Source of the DNA: an uncultured bacterium
Lineage (GTDB): Bacteria > Desulfobacterota_D > UBA1144 > Nemesobacterales > UBA2774
Reading direction: 5' to 3'
Assembly (NCBI GenBank): GCA_963705505.1
Contig: CAVPJU010000010.1
Span: 480,001 to 544,000, forward strand
DNA length: 64,000 nucleotides
Shown here: one piece after another, positions 39,786-50,210 of the stretch
How positions within the stretch are numbered: position 1 is the stretch's first letter
Layout: each line of letters opens with the position of its first letter
Notes under the pieces: model-generated
What the model was told of the DNA's origin: nothing
Seen by the model: only the letters and a program-made list of their open reading frames with translations
The model's database searches: none
Translations under genes and position numbers: made by a program

Positions 39786-42700
39786 GTCGTCTTGGCTCCT
39801 GCGTCGCCCCCCGTTACGACAGGAGGGATGCGCGTGTGTCCCGCGCGGAAGAAGGACACCCGGTCGAGCACCTTCTCCTGGAACTCTTCGAGATAGAGAT
39901 AGATGACGGGCGTGATGTAGAGTGTGATGAACTGCGATACTACGAGGCCGCCTACGATGACGAGTCCCAGAGGTCTGCGTGAGGATCCGTCCGCGCCGTA
40001 CCCGAGAGCAATAGGGACCGCGCCGATCACGGCTGCGAGCGTCGTCATAATAATGGGGCGGAACCGCTCCATGCTCGCGTCGTGGATGGCGTCATATGCG
40101 CTCTCGCCCGCTTCGACATGCTGGCGGGCGAAATCCACTATCATGATCCCGTTTTTCTTGACGATGCCCATCAGCATGAACATTCCGACAAACGCGTAGA
40201 GCGACGCCTCCGCTCCGAAGAGATAAAGAGCGAGGAGTCCCCCGACGAGGGCCGTCGGAAGGGTCGATAGGACCGTGAGAGGGTGCACGTAGCTCTCGTA
40301 AAGTATCGCCAGTATGACATACATCACGAACACGGCGAGCGCCATCAGGACAGTCAGGTCGTGGACGGTGTTCTGGAACGTGAGGGCCTCGCCCTGGAGG
40401 CTCGCGCGCACACTCGGCGGGACGATATCCGAAGCCGCTTTATATATGTAATCGGTCGCGTCCCCGATAGCCACGCCGGGCTTGAGGTTAAAGAAGATCG
40501 TGACGCTAGTGAACTGATTGATGTGATTCACCGACTGCGGACCCAAAGTCGTCTTCCATGTGACAAGCTCTTTAAGCGGGACAAGGTTCTTGCCGTCATC
40601 CGACCTAATATACAGAAGAGACAGGTCCTCAGGGTGCGAGCGCGCTGAGTCCTTTGTTTCGAGAATGACCTGATACTGGTCGGTCGGCTTTTTTATAAGA
40701 TATAGATAATTCTGCGAATATGCATTCCTGAGCAGGTTGAGTATCCGTGTCTCGGAAACGCCGCGGACCCTCGCCTGTTCCCTGCGAATGTCTATGTTGA
40801 GGCTCGGTGTATTGTTGTAAAAATCTGAGGATACGGTTGCGAAACCGGGGAATTCCATTAGCTTGCCCATAAGCTTCGTCGACACGTCGTACACCTCATG
40901 AGGATTCACGCCGGATAATGAAAATGCGTACTGTCCCTGGTTCTGGTTAGTCGCGCCAGTGCTTATCTCGAGAACGGGGAACGGCCTCAGGAATGCGAAC
41001 ATCCCGGGGATAGCAAATAGCCTGCCCATCATCTGACCGGCCTCGTATTGTATAGGCAGACGTTCCTTGGGCGACTTGAGGAAAATAAAAGTCAGCCCCT
41101 GGTTGGACGCTATGAACTGGCCTCCTCCGGTCATGGTGAAGTCCATAAGAACGCTCGGGTCCTGATGGAGTGTGTCATCAACCTGATCCTGGAGTGCGCG
41201 CATCTGCTTGGGCGAAGAGCCTTCCGGCCCGATGAAGACTCCCTGAATTACGCTGCTGTCCCCCACGGGAAGGAAGGCTTTGGGAACGAGCATGAAGAGA
41301 CCAATAGTACCCGCAAGACATATAACCCATATGATCGCGGATACCCACCTGTGCCTGAGAAACCACCATAACGACTTGCCGTATACCCCAAGCACACGTT
41401 TCTCAGCCCCGCCGATCACCCGTTCCATCCAAGTCTGCTTCACTCCGTGTCCTCTGTCCTTGAGAAGCCTTGCGCACATGAGCGGCGTTAGCGTTAGTGA
41501 TACGAGACCCGAGGCAAGAATCGCTACTACTATAGTGATCGCGAACTCGCGGAAAATCCGGCCTACGAGCCCGGACATGAAGACGAGCGGGATGAATACA
41601 GCCGCAAGAGAGATAGTCATGGAAAGTATGGTAAAGCTAATCTCCTTCGAGCTGTTAAGGGCGGCTTCGAAAGCGCGCTCCCCGTTCTCCATCCTTCGCA
41701 CGGTGTTCTCGAGGAACACTATCGCGTCGTCCACCAGGAATCCGACTGCAAGCGTTAGCGCCATAAGAGAGAGGTTGTCGAGGCTGTATCCCAGCATCCG
41801 CATCACTATGAAAGTGAGGAGCAGCGATAGCGGTAGCGCGACAACTGGGATGAGTGTGTCCGTAGCACGACCGAGGAACATAAAAATTACGATTACGACG
41901 AGGACGAAGGCTATGACCAGCGTCTGCTGGACGTCCGCAACGGAATGGACTATAGTCTGCGAGCGGTCGTAGACCGGCGTAATACGAATAGATGCCGGAA
42001 GCTCCGAGCTGACCAGCGGCAGGAGTTTCTTCACGTTTCCCGCGACTTCGACGGCGTTAGCCCCGGCCTGACGGAAAACGGCAACGACAACAGTTGCGCT
42101 AGGCTCCGGATAACCCCGTATCCAGAACCGCATGTTGATCCTCTCGTCCTGCACCGTGTCCTGCACCTGTGCGACGTCGCGCAGGTAAACGGGAGCGCCG
42201 TTTACACTCTTCACTATGAGATTACCGTAGGATTCGGCACTTTCGAGCTGTCCCTGAGGGCGAAGAAGCGCTGTCCCTGTCGCAGAGTCGAACTGTCCGG
42301 CGCCGGCGTAGCTCGTCCCGTTTATGACCGCATCAGACAAGTCGTCGACCGATATCCCGCGCGCCCACATCGCGGACGGATCCGCTTTTATCCGTATCGC
42401 GGATTTTGTTCCGTACACGTCCACGCGGCTCACGCCGGGCACGATGCTTATCCTCTGGCCCAGTTGGGTGCTCGCGTAGTCGTAGAGCTCGCCGCGTGTA
42501 ATGGAGTCGCTTGTGAGGGCGATGTAGAGTATCGGCTGGTCGTTGGGATTCGTCTTAGTGAGTGTCGGAGGCGAAGGCAGATCGACGGGTAGGCTCCCGG
42601 TCGCCTGAGAGATAGCGGTCTCTACGTCCGTCGCCGCCGCGTCCAGGCTCTTATCGAGGGAGAACTGGAGAGTGAGGCTCACGAAGCCCTGAGTGCTCTG

Positions 42701-42946
42701 TGACGTGACAAGCTGAAGCCCGTTTATCTGCATGAACTGACGCTCGAGCGGTGTCGCGATATTATTCGCCATAGTCTCGGGGCTTGCGCCCGGATAGGAA
42801 GCGGTCACGTTGATGACAGGGTAATCCACCGCAGGCAGATCGTTCACCGGGAGCTGGAAATAGCAGAGCACGCCGAAGAGAATGACCGAAGCGGTGAGTA
42901 CCGCCGTCATAACCGGACGGCGGATAAAACGTTCCGAGAGACTCAC
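39782..42946 (-). CDS. RND efflux permease (MdtB/MdtC-like)
   Basis: FIRRPV, PGASPE, GFLVDDAIV, GIVKKNGIM, RFRPIIMTT. Confidence 0.96.
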   Translation of the reverse strand: MSLSERFIRRPVMTAVLTASVILFGVLCYFQLPVNDLPAVDYPVINVTASYPGASPETMANNIATPLERQFMQINGLQLVTSQSTQGFVSLTLQFSLDKSLDAAATDVETAISQATGSLPVDLPSPPTLTKTNPNDQPILYIALTSDSITRGELYDYASTQLGQRISIVPGVSRVDVYGTKSAIRIKADPSAMWARGISVDDLSDAVINGTSYAGAGQFDSATGTALLRPQGQLESAESYGNLIVKSVNGAPVYLRDVAQVQDTVQDERINMRFWIRGYPEPSATVVVAVFRQAGANAVEVAGNVKKLLPLVSSELPASIRITPVYDRSQTIVHSVADVQQTLVIAFVLVVIVIFMFLGRATDTLIPVVALPLSLLLTFIVMRMLGYSLDNLSLMALTLAVGFLVDDAIVFLENTVRRMENGERAFEAALNSSKEISFTILSMTISLAAVFIPLVFMSGLVGRIFREFAITIVVAILASGLVSLTLTPLMCARLLKDRGHGVKQTWMERVIGGAEKRVLGVYGKSLWWFLRHRWVSAIIWVICLAGTIGLFMLVPKAFLPVGDSSVIQGVFIGPEGSSPKQMRALQDQVDDTLHQDPSVLMDFTMTGGGQFIASNQGLTFIFLKSPKERLPIQYEAGQMMGRLFAIPGMFAFLRPFPVLEISTGATNQNQGQYAFSLSGVNPHEVYDVSTKLMGKLMEFPGFATVSSDFYNNTPSLNIDIRREQARVRGVSETRILNLLRNAYSQNYLYLIKKPTDQYQVILETKDSARSHPEDLSLLYIRSDDGKNLVPLKELVTWKTTLGPQSVNHINQFTSVTIFFNLKPGVAIGDATDYIYKAASDIVPPSVRASLQGEALTFQNTVHDLTVLMALAVFVMYVILAILYESYVHPLTVLSTLPTALVGGLLALYLFGAEASLYAFVGMFMLMGIVKKNGIMIVDFARQHVEAGESAYDAIHDASMERFRPIIMTTLAAVIGAVPIALGYGADGSSRRPLGLVIVGGLVVSQFITLYITPVIYLYLEEFQEKVLDRVSFFRAGHTRIPPVVTGGDAGAKTT

Positions 42947-44151
42947 GATTCACCCCCGGGCTGAGCCTTAGGGTGTTTCTCGGCAACGCTGCTATTTCCG
43001 ACGTTTACCTTACCCCCGGGCATGACCCCCAGCTGTCCGTTGACGACAACGCGCTCTCCGGGCTTGAGTCCTTCCGCAATAACAACCATATCACCCTGCC
43101 TCTGACCCGTCTTCACGGGCCTTAGCTCTGCTGTCGAGTCCTCTTTCACCACGTAGACGAATGTGCCTCTCGCCGACGACTGGAGGGCAGGCGCCGGTAC
43201 GAGCACCGCATCCGGCATCGTGGCGAGCACGAGCCTCACCTTGACGAAACGTCCCGGCCACAGCGTGTGGTCGGGGTTCGGGACAGTAGCGCGGAGCGTC
43301 ACGGTCCCGGTGGGGTCCTGCACTGCGTTGTCGAGAAACGTAAGTTCACCCGCGAGCGGCTGACCGCTCCCGTCGGGCAGGCTCACTTCGGCTTTCAGCG
43401 ACCCCTCCGCCATGTGCTGCTGCACGGCCGTGAGGTCGTTCTCGGTGACGGTGAATTCGGCGTATATCGGGTCCACACGCTGTATGGTCAGAAGCGAACC
43501 GTTGTTCGCGGTCACCACGTTCCCTATATCGACGAGCCTGTGCCCCGCGCGTCCGTCGATCGGTGAGGAGATGGACGTGTATTCAAGATTGATGCGGGCG
43601 GTCTCGACCTCGGCCTCGTTCTGCGCGACCGCGGCCGCAGCCACATCGACGGCGTTCTCCCTCGTATCGTATTCCTGCTTCGAGATCGCCTTCGCGTCCA
43701 CGAGGCCGTCCGCCCGCGCAAACTGTATTTTCGCCAGGTCGAGCCGCGCCCTCGCCTGAGCGAGGTTCGCCTCGGCAAGGTCGAGAGCGGCCTTATACGG
43801 GCGCGGGTCTATCGTAAAAAGGGGGTCGCCCTTCTTGAGCTCGGCTCCGTCCTCGAAATGGATCTGCGTTATACGCCCCGATACCTGCGGCTGGATCGAT
43901 ACGGCCTCGCGAGCGACGCACTTACCGACCTCGTCAAGATACACAGGGACTTCCCGGCTGACAGCAGGGGTGACGGTTACGTTGGCGGGCGGACGCTCGG
44001 GCAGCGCCGCGCCGTTATTCCCACAGCCCGCCAGAACGAAGGCCGAGAGGAAGGCGGCACAAAGCACGCTCATAGCAAATACGCTGACAAATCGCCTGTG
44101 AATCCGGTGCGCGGCTGCGCCTCTTGACTGTACTGATCTTTGTTCGCTCAT
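42943..44151 (-). CDS. RND periplasmic adaptor (MdtA-like)
   Basis: LAGC lipobox, PQVSGRI, SPIDGRAG, LWPGRFV. Confidence 0.95.
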   Translation of the reverse strand: MSEQRSVQSRGAAAHRIHRRFVSVFAMSVLCAAFLSAFVLAGCGNNGAALPERPPANVTVTPAVSREVPVYLDEVGKCVAREAVSIQPQVSGRITQIHFEDGAELKKGDPLFTIDPRPYKAALDLAEANLAQARARLDLAKIQFARADGLVDAKAISKQEYDTRENAVDVAAAAVAQNEAEVETARINLEYTSISSPIDGRAGHRLVDIGNVVTANNGSLLTIQRVDPIYAEFTVTENDLTAVQQHMAEGSLKAEVSLPDGSGQPLAGELTFLDNAVQDPTGTVTLRATVPNPDHTLWPGRFVKVRLVLATMPDAVLVPAPALQSSARGTFVYVVKEDSTAELRPVKTGQRQGDMVVIAEGLKPGERVVVNGQLGVMPGGKVNVGNSSVAEKHPKAQPGGES

Positions 44152-44243
44152 AAAATCCTCCCCGCAAGATTCGGCTTGTCCGTACGAGTTATCATATTAA
44201 TTTTCCTTCCGCATAAGTTTTGGATTAATGGCATAATCAAGAT

Positions 44244-45017
44244 TCAAAGTCCCTCGTGACAAGAGGGATACAAATCATCTTTTCCGCTCATAAAGAAATA
44301 ATCAGAAAGCTTGTCCCTCAAAAAAAGCCTCGCCCTGCGAATCCTGGACTTCACATTCGGAAGCGAGAGATTCAATATGTCCGCAACTTCCCGATTCGAA
44401 AGACCTTCCACGTCCCTTAGATGGAAGACGACTCTGTGGGCTGCCGGAAGCTCATTCAACGCCTTTTCTATTGTCTCCATCACCTCTTTCCTGAAAAGCA
44501 CCTCATCCGGTCTGCCGCTCCAGTCCTTTATCCGGACCCCTTCGAGTACACCATACTCATTGTATGAGACGTGGTCCTCAAGACTCACTTCATTTTCGTA
44601 TATCCGTTTTTTGGCTCTCAGGCTCATGTAGCCCGCGTTCGCCGCGACTCTATAGAGCCATGTTGAAAATTTGGACTCCCCGCGAAACGTGTCGAGCTTC
44701 TCCATGGTGAGGAACACTTCCTGCATAATGTCTTCCGCATCACGGGGATCATGCGTGATGCGGAGCGCGAGCCTGAATATCTTGTCCGCGTACCGGTTTA
44801 CGATCTCATTAAAAGCCTCTTCGTCCTGTGTCCCCACTATCTTCACGACAAGCTCTTCGTCCGACAACACTTTATGGTTTAATATTCCGTCCTTACTCGG
44901 TTGTGTTATTTCCCGAGAATCGGGTGTGGCGGCGGCTTTGTTCCCGTCGGCGGAAGAAAGCCGTTGCTCTTCCGGGACAGGCGATGTTTCAATGCCTTCC
45001 GTGACCGATTTATACAT
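44244..45017 (-). CDS. ECF RNA polymerase sigma factor
   Basis: DAEDIMQEVF, FSTWLYRVA, VKSRIRRAR. Confidence 0.92.
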   Translation of the reverse strand: MYKSVTEGIETSPVPEEQRLSSADGNKAAATPDSREITQPSKDGILNHKVLSDEELVVKIVGTQDEEAFNEIVNRYADKIFRLALRITHDPRDAEDIMQEVFLTMEKLDTFRGESKFSTWLYRVAANAGYMSLRAKKRIYENEVSLEDHVSYNEYGVLEGVRIKDWSGRPDEVLFRKEVMETIEKALNELPAAHRVVFHLRDVEGLSNREVADILNLSLPNVKSRIRRARLFLRDKLSDYFFMSGKDDLYPSCHEGL

Positions 45018-45100
45018 CGCGACCTCCTTTTATAAGTACAAGTCTGTATTATTCCGTATTTAATTATTCATCAGTGAACGATCGTGATAAAAAAAACGCC

Positions 45101-45553
45101 TCACCCGTTCTCTAATCTGCCCAATAAACCGATAATCAGTCCCCTCTCATCATCACTGAAAGGCTTGAGCAATTCCTCCACTATCTCCGTCAGCGCACGA
45201 TCCCCTTCTTCGTAGCGGCTCCGGCCTTTATCAGTAATCACGGCCAGAACGCTGCGGCGGTCTTCGGGACAGTCCTTCCTCTCCACAAGACCGTCCGCTT
45301 CCAACCTGTCCACTAGCTGCGTGATATTCGATTTCACGCACAGAAGCTCCTGGGCAAGACGGGTAAGAAGTATCGGCGCTCCTGCTTTTATTAGACGATC
45401 GAGGGCCACGTATTTGGACAACGAGAGTCCGGTAACGGCAAGCGCTTCCTCGACGCGCTGCTCCACAATGTCCGAAGCACGTCTGATTCTCTTAAGGACG
45501 AGGATTTTAGCTTCCCTTTCTTTATCAGAATCTTTATCACATGAATTATTCAT
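45101..45553 (-). CDS. MarR-family regulator
   Basis: SNITQLVDRLEADGLVER, DRRSV..IT.KG. Confidence 0.92.
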   Translation of the reverse strand: MNNSCDKDSDKEREAKILVLKRIRRASDIVEQRVEEALAVTGLSLSKYVALDRLIKAGAPILLTRLAQELLCVKSNITQLVDRLEADGLVERKDCPEDRRSVLAVITDKGRSRYEEGDRALTEIVEELLKPFSDDERGLIIGLLGRLENG

Positions 45554-45559
45554 ATATGA

Positions 45560-45588
45560 AATATACTTGAGTGAACTAATACCGTCAA
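45560..45588 (-). promoter_or_regulatory. sigma70 promoter directly in front of the marR ATG (leaderless candidate)
   Basis: TTGACG-N17-TATATT-N6-ATG; no SD sequence. Confidence 0.6.
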
Positions 45589-45595
45589 GGGACCG

Positions 45596-46492
45596 CTATA
45601 TTCCGGCAACAGCCGGGATAACTTCACGGCCTATTACCTCGATAGGCGTGATCTCATGCGTGTTCGGCATACTGAATATGAAGTGCTGAATACCTATTCC
45701 GGCAAGCCCCCTGCATTGGGCTATAAGGTCGGACGGGGCCGCACCGCCCTCCCCTACATTAACGACACCCAGAACGGTGCGCTCTATCTCATCGTAGGGG
45801 CGGCCGATTTCATCGCAATGACGCCTGAGCACGTCTAATTTTTTTGCTATCTCATCGATGCCGCCTAACGGAGGACCGAACAGGTTGCACGCGTCCGCAT
45901 ACCGGGCAACGAGCCTGAGGGTCTTCTTCTCACCCATGCCGCCCACAAGAATCGGCGGGTGGGGTTTTGAGAGCGGCAGAGGATTGTTTATAGGCTCCGC
46001 CAGCCGATAGTGCTTCCCGTTATAGGGCTTCACCTCACCCGACCACATGAGCTTCGCGATATCAAGCGTTTCCTCGAGACGCTCCATGCGCTCCTTGAGC
46101 GGCGGGAAAGGCAGCCCGAGACCTTGAGCCTCACGCTCGTACCACGCGGCGCCTATGCCGAGGTTTGCCCGTCCGCCGGAGAGGACATCGAGTGTCGTTA
46201 CTGTTTTTATAAGGTAGCCCGGATGGCGGTAGAGTGCGGACGTCACCATAACACCGAGACGCACCCTGCTCGTAAGGGGAGCCAGGTAGCCGAGAGCCGT
46301 GTAAGCTTCAAGCATGGGGTCATGAGGCTCAAGCCCCATCTGAGCCATATCGATTTGAAAGAGGTGGTCCATCACCCAAAGGCTGCTGAAACCCGCCTTA
46401 TCGGCTGCCTCCGCTATCTCACGGAGCTTTTTGCCCGTATTTTGAGGGCTGCCCGGCCAGTCGAAACGTATAACCTGTAATCCTATCTTCAC
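45596..46492 (-). CDS. LLM-class putative F420-dependent oxidoreductase
   Basis: WVMDH, TLDVLSGGR, GIGAAW, PPILVGG.GEKKTL.LVARYADACN. Confidence 0.88.
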   Translation of the reverse strand: MKIGLQVIRFDWPGSPQNTGKKLREIAEAADKAGFSSLWVMDHLFQIDMAQMGLEPHDPMLEAYTALGYLAPLTSRVRLGVMVTSALYRHPGYLIKTVTTLDVLSGGRANLGIGAAWYEREAQGLGLPFPPLKERMERLEETLDIAKLMWSGEVKPYNGKHYRLAEPINNPLPLSKPHPPILVGGMGEKKTLRLVARYADACNLFGPPLGGIDEIAKKLDVLRRHCDEIGRPYDEIERTVLGVVNVGEGGAAPSDLIAQCRGLAGIGIQHFIFSMPNTHEITPIEVIGREVIPAVAGI

Positions 46493-46865
46493 ATTCCTCT
46501 ACCTCCGCGAGTGTTTTTTAATTACGCATTCCCTAGATAATTATGATGAAAATCACGGTGGAGGGGATGCTTATAATTACATCCGCCGGTGAATTTAGGT
46601 GAATATACATGTCAGATGATTGGTGATGCAGAGGTGAAATCAGGCACGCAGTGATAATCCCACAGGGCGGATACGGCAAAATTTGAAACCGCATACCCCT
46701 ACCCCGCCGGATTGTTATAGAATTAGAAAATTATCTCGGATTTACCCGGATATATAATGACGGATTTATTCAGATACATAGCTCATGCTTCGTGACAGAA
46801 TTATGCACGAAAAAAGCCCGCGATACTCCTCATCATCGGCATACGCCCCCGGGATTTAATCCCGC

Positions 46866-47261
46866 CTACGCGGTGAGCCGCATCCCTTTCTTACGTCTCC
46901 CGAAGGAATAATTAAGACCGCAGGACTCTACCGCCCTCCTCCACGAGCCGAAATGATACTCGGCCGCGGATACGAGTGTCGTCATACCGTTCTTTCTGAG
47001 GATAGAGGGCCTCAGACAATCGCCTTCCGCCCGGAGCCTGTTTATCTCGTTTCTAATCCTCTCCCTCGTCCACTTCCTGTTGTTCCTCGAGCTCTCATAA
47101 TCAATACCGCACGCTTCGAGAGCACTCCTCCATGAGCCGAATGCCTTGCACGCTTTTACATAAAGTGAGGTATGCTCCTTTGCGATATTAGCGGGCTTTT
47201 CCGCATCGGGACTGAAAATCCTGGTTATTTCTCTTTTCACTCTTTCCGCTCGCTTGGTCAT
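46866..47261 (-). CDS. small basic protein with two FGSW..A...CG..Y repeats (homing-endonuclease-associated-repeat-like)
   Basis: LYVKACKAFGSWRSALEACGIDY and LVSAAEYHFGSWRRAVESCGLNY. Confidence 0.7.
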   Translation of the reverse strand: MTKRAERVKREITRIFSPDAEKPANIAKEHTSLYVKACKAFGSWRSALEACGIDYESSRNNRKWTRERIRNEINRLRAEGDCLRPSILRKNGMTTLVSAAEYHFGSWRRAVESCGLNYSFGRRKKGMRLTA

Positions 47262-47615
47262 GACAATCCATATAACAATATTTATGCCATACGTAAATGT
47301 CTGTTATCACGGGAGATATTGAGGATTCGTCCGCGGGAAATGTGTCTTGTTATCTGACACAGGACACTGGAAGAGTCGGAATTCCGCCCGTCTTTTTATT
47401 ATACAACGGAAATAATCCCCATTGCAATGACCGGACGTACCCGGAAGTCCGGTCACCCGGGCATCCGGGACCATACCGAAGGCTTATGATTCCGGACCCC
47501 TCACCCGCTGCAAATATCTCTCCGCTCGCTAATATAACTTATCATGAAAATTAGCTCTTTATTGTTGTTGTATTCCATGTTAGTTAATATCTAACAAGAG
47601 TCATTCTTAAAGGAG

Positions 47616-49856
47616 ATGACCATGAAGGGTAGGGTGAGCATACTAAGCAAGGTAGTATTCCGTTCTTTTCTGTTCCGGGCTTTTATTTTTTCTTTCCTGC
47701 TGATATCAGTTTACGGTGGATGTAGCGGAGGTGGAGGAGGAGTGGTTCCCCCGCCGCCACCGCCGACTATAGAGGGAAACAAGCTCAATATCCAGATACT
47801 CAACGCTATCATAGGTCCGGACAACCATCCTGTAGCAACAATTAAAATCACAGATGAAAGGGGAAACCCTTTGCAACCTACCGACCTAGATCAATTACGC
47901 CTCATAATCGCGAGGATTGTGGACTCGGGTGAATACATAGACTACATAACGACTAACGAGGATGGAGCCATTCTGCCGTACCGTGAGGATAGTTCCTTGG
48001 GCACGTTCAACGGCCAGGGGGGAGGCGTTTATACCTATACGTTTGCATTTATGCTTCCGCAGGGCTATGACGGCAGCCAGACACACACGGTAGCACTTTA
48101 CGGGTCAAGAAAGGTAGGAAGCCAGACCTGGGTCTCAAACGCTACTTTCGACTTCGTGCCCAACGGGGGCGAAGTCAGGACAATAAGGGACATCGTGAGC
48201 GTCAACTCATGCAATAATTGCCATGACCCTCTTGCCGTACACGGAGGACGCAGGAGAGACCCGAAGCTCTGTATAACATGCCACACATCAAAGATAATCA
48301 ATCCCGATACAGGTCAAGAAGAGGATCTGGTCGACCCCGCTACAGGGAATAGTATCGCCTTTAAGGTTATGATACACAAGATACACATGGGCGAGAGCCT
48401 ACCGAGCGTTATGGACGGCTTTCCCTATATGATAGGTAATAGCGACTTCTCGAGCGTAGTGTTCCCCCAGGACATAAGAAATTGCACGAAGTGCCACGAC
48501 GAGTCCCAAGCGTCCCAGGCTGACGACTATAAGAACGTCCCCACCAGGGCTGCCTGCGGCTCGTGCCACGACAACGTCGACTTCGCCACAGCTACCAATC
48601 ACCCCACGGTGCAGCTCAACGACAACAACTGCTCGGGATGTCATATACCGAGCTCGGGGAACGAATTCGATATATCGGTTACCGGAGCACATACAATACC
48701 GCTTAAATCAAAGACCCTCCCCGGAGTCGTTTTCGATATAGTGAGCGTGACTTCCGCGGAGACAGGCTCGAACAGGGTAGCCCCCGGTGAGCATGCCCAG
48801 GTGCTATTCAGCGTCAGAAACAATAATGGAGATGTTGTAAACCCTCAGGATCTCAATAGACTGTCTCTGACGATAGCGGGTCCCACTACAGATTACGATA
48901 TACAGGACTACCACGGCACAGGAGCGGTTCCGGGAGTAGATAACGTGCTCACAGAGAACGCCTTGAAAGCTTCAGACGGCCCCGACGCCGACGGCAACTT
49001 CGTTTACACATTTAAAGGCATGATCCCGTTGAACGGCTCAGGCACCTACGCGGTCGGCATAGAGGGCTACAAGACCGAGACGGTGGGCGGTGAGAACCAG
49101 ATACTAATCGAGGACGTAAGAGACGCGGGGCATAACGTAGTCAGCTACTTTGCCGTTACGGACCCGGTCCCGGTCCCGCGGAGGACGGTCGTCGACAACA
49201 ATACCGAAGACCAGTACTGCAACTCATGCCACGGGGAGTTCTCAAAGGACTTCAGCATCCACGGAGGCATCCGCAACAACACCCAATACTGCGTCCTCTG
49301 CCACAACCCTTCGAACGACGATATAAGCGTGAGGCCGGTCCCCGACTGGACGGGAAGCGACACTCCTACAACGACCTCGATCAATTTCAGGCAGATGATA
49401 CACAAGATACATACGGGCGAGAACCTTACCGTAACGCCTTACATAATCTACGGGTTCGGGGGAAGCCTGAATGACTTCAGCGACGTCCTCTTCCCGGGCA
49501 AGACGAATGACTGCGCCGATTGCCACGTGCCCAACACGAACATACTCGACCCGGGTATGGGCATACTGGGCCCTGGAATTTTACCGACCATCACCAGGGA
49601 GTTTACGAAGGTGGACGACGAGAACGTCGTTCTGAATACGTTCTCCTTGCAGCCGGTTATTACGGTCTGCACGTCCTGTCATGACGATGTAGGTGTAAAC
49701 GTCGCGGGGAATGCCCTTACGGGCGTGAACCACCTGGGAGGACCGCAGCCTGAGGGAGCGTGCATAAATTGCCACGCCGCGGGCGACCCTCTTGGCGCGG
49801 CGGAAGTGCATCTGGTTCCGCTCCCGTTTGATGAGCGTATAAACCGTCCCCAATAG
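47616..49856 (+). CDS. OmcA/MtrC-family decaheme c-type cytochrome lipoprotein
   Basis: 10 CxxCH in two pentaheme blocks, each with HGG.R and MIHKIH.G, preceded by YTYTF/FVYTF beta domains; YGGC lipobox followed by a Gly/Pro linker. Confidence 0.88.
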   Translation: MTMKGRVSILSKVVFRSFLFRAFIFSFLLISVYGGCSGGGGGVVPPPPPPTIEGNKLNIQILNAIIGPDNHPVATIKITDERGNPLQPTDLDQLRLIIARIVDSGEYIDYITTNEDGAILPYREDSSLGTFNGQGGGVYTYTFAFMLPQGYDGSQTHTVALYGSRKVGSQTWVSNATFDFVPNGGEVRTIRDIVSVNSCNNCHDPLAVHGGRRRDPKLCITCHTSKIINPDTGQEEDLVDPATGNSIAFKVMIHKIHMGESLPSVMDGFPYMIGNSDFSSVVFPQDIRNCTKCHDESQASQADDYKNVPTRAACGSCHDNVDFATATNHPTVQLNDNNCSGCHIPSSGNEFDISVTGAHTIPLKSKTLPGVVFDIVSVTSAETGSNRVAPGEHAQVLFSVRNNNGDVVNPQDLNRLSLTIAGPTTDYDIQDYHGTGAVPGVDNVLTENALKASDGPDADGNFVYTFKGMIPLNGSGTYAVGIEGYKTETVGGENQILIEDVRDAGHNVVSYFAVTDPVPVPRRTVVDNNTEDQYCNSCHGEFSKDFSIHGGIRNNTQYCVLCHNPSNDDISVRPVPDWTGSDTPTTTSINFRQMIHKIHTGENLTVTPYIIYGFGGSLNDFSDVLFPGKTNDCADCHVPNTNILDPGMGILGPGILPTITREFTKVDDENVVLNTFSLQPVITVCTSCHDDVGVNVAGNALTGVNHLGGPQPEGACINCHAAGDPLGAAEVHLVPLPFDERINRPQ

Positions 49857-49881
49857 GAATAGACCTAAGGACGAACCGAAT

Positions 49882-50202
49882 ATGAAAATGCTTGTCATGG
49901 TTATTCTGATGTCCTCACTGCTCACGCTAGTCTCGTGTGTGAGCAGTGAGGACGAGGGTCAGGACTGGGGCAATATACTTGCCGGCGTCGAGGGATTACA
50001 GCTGACTGAGCAAGACCACCCCGACGGATGGCAAAGGGAAGATTGTTTCGCGTGTCACCCGCTCGAGGTGATACACCAGGAAGACCGCTCGGGGCTGGGG
50101 GTCCTGCTGCTTCAGGACATACGTGAATTTACCGTACAGGAAGGGCTTTCGAGCTGTCCGATATGTCACGGAGATAATGGCGTACCAGCACTTATGGAGT
50201 AG
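49882..50202 (+). CDS. small diheme c-type cytochrome lipoprotein
   Basis: LVSC lipobox; CFACH and CPICH. Confidence 0.8.
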   Translation: MKMLVMVILMSSLLTLVSCVSSEDEGQDWGNILAGVEGLQLTEQDHPDGWQREDCFACHPLEVIHQEDRSGLGVLLLQDIREFTVQEGLSSCPICHGDNGVPALME

Positions 50203-50210
50203 TCTTTCAA

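Noticed and set aside
47274..47289. sigma54 promoter (TGGCAT-AAATA-TTGTT, minus strand) for the FGSW-repeat gene
   Set aside because: The -12 has GT instead of GC and sits only ~12 nt from the start codon; too uncertain to call.
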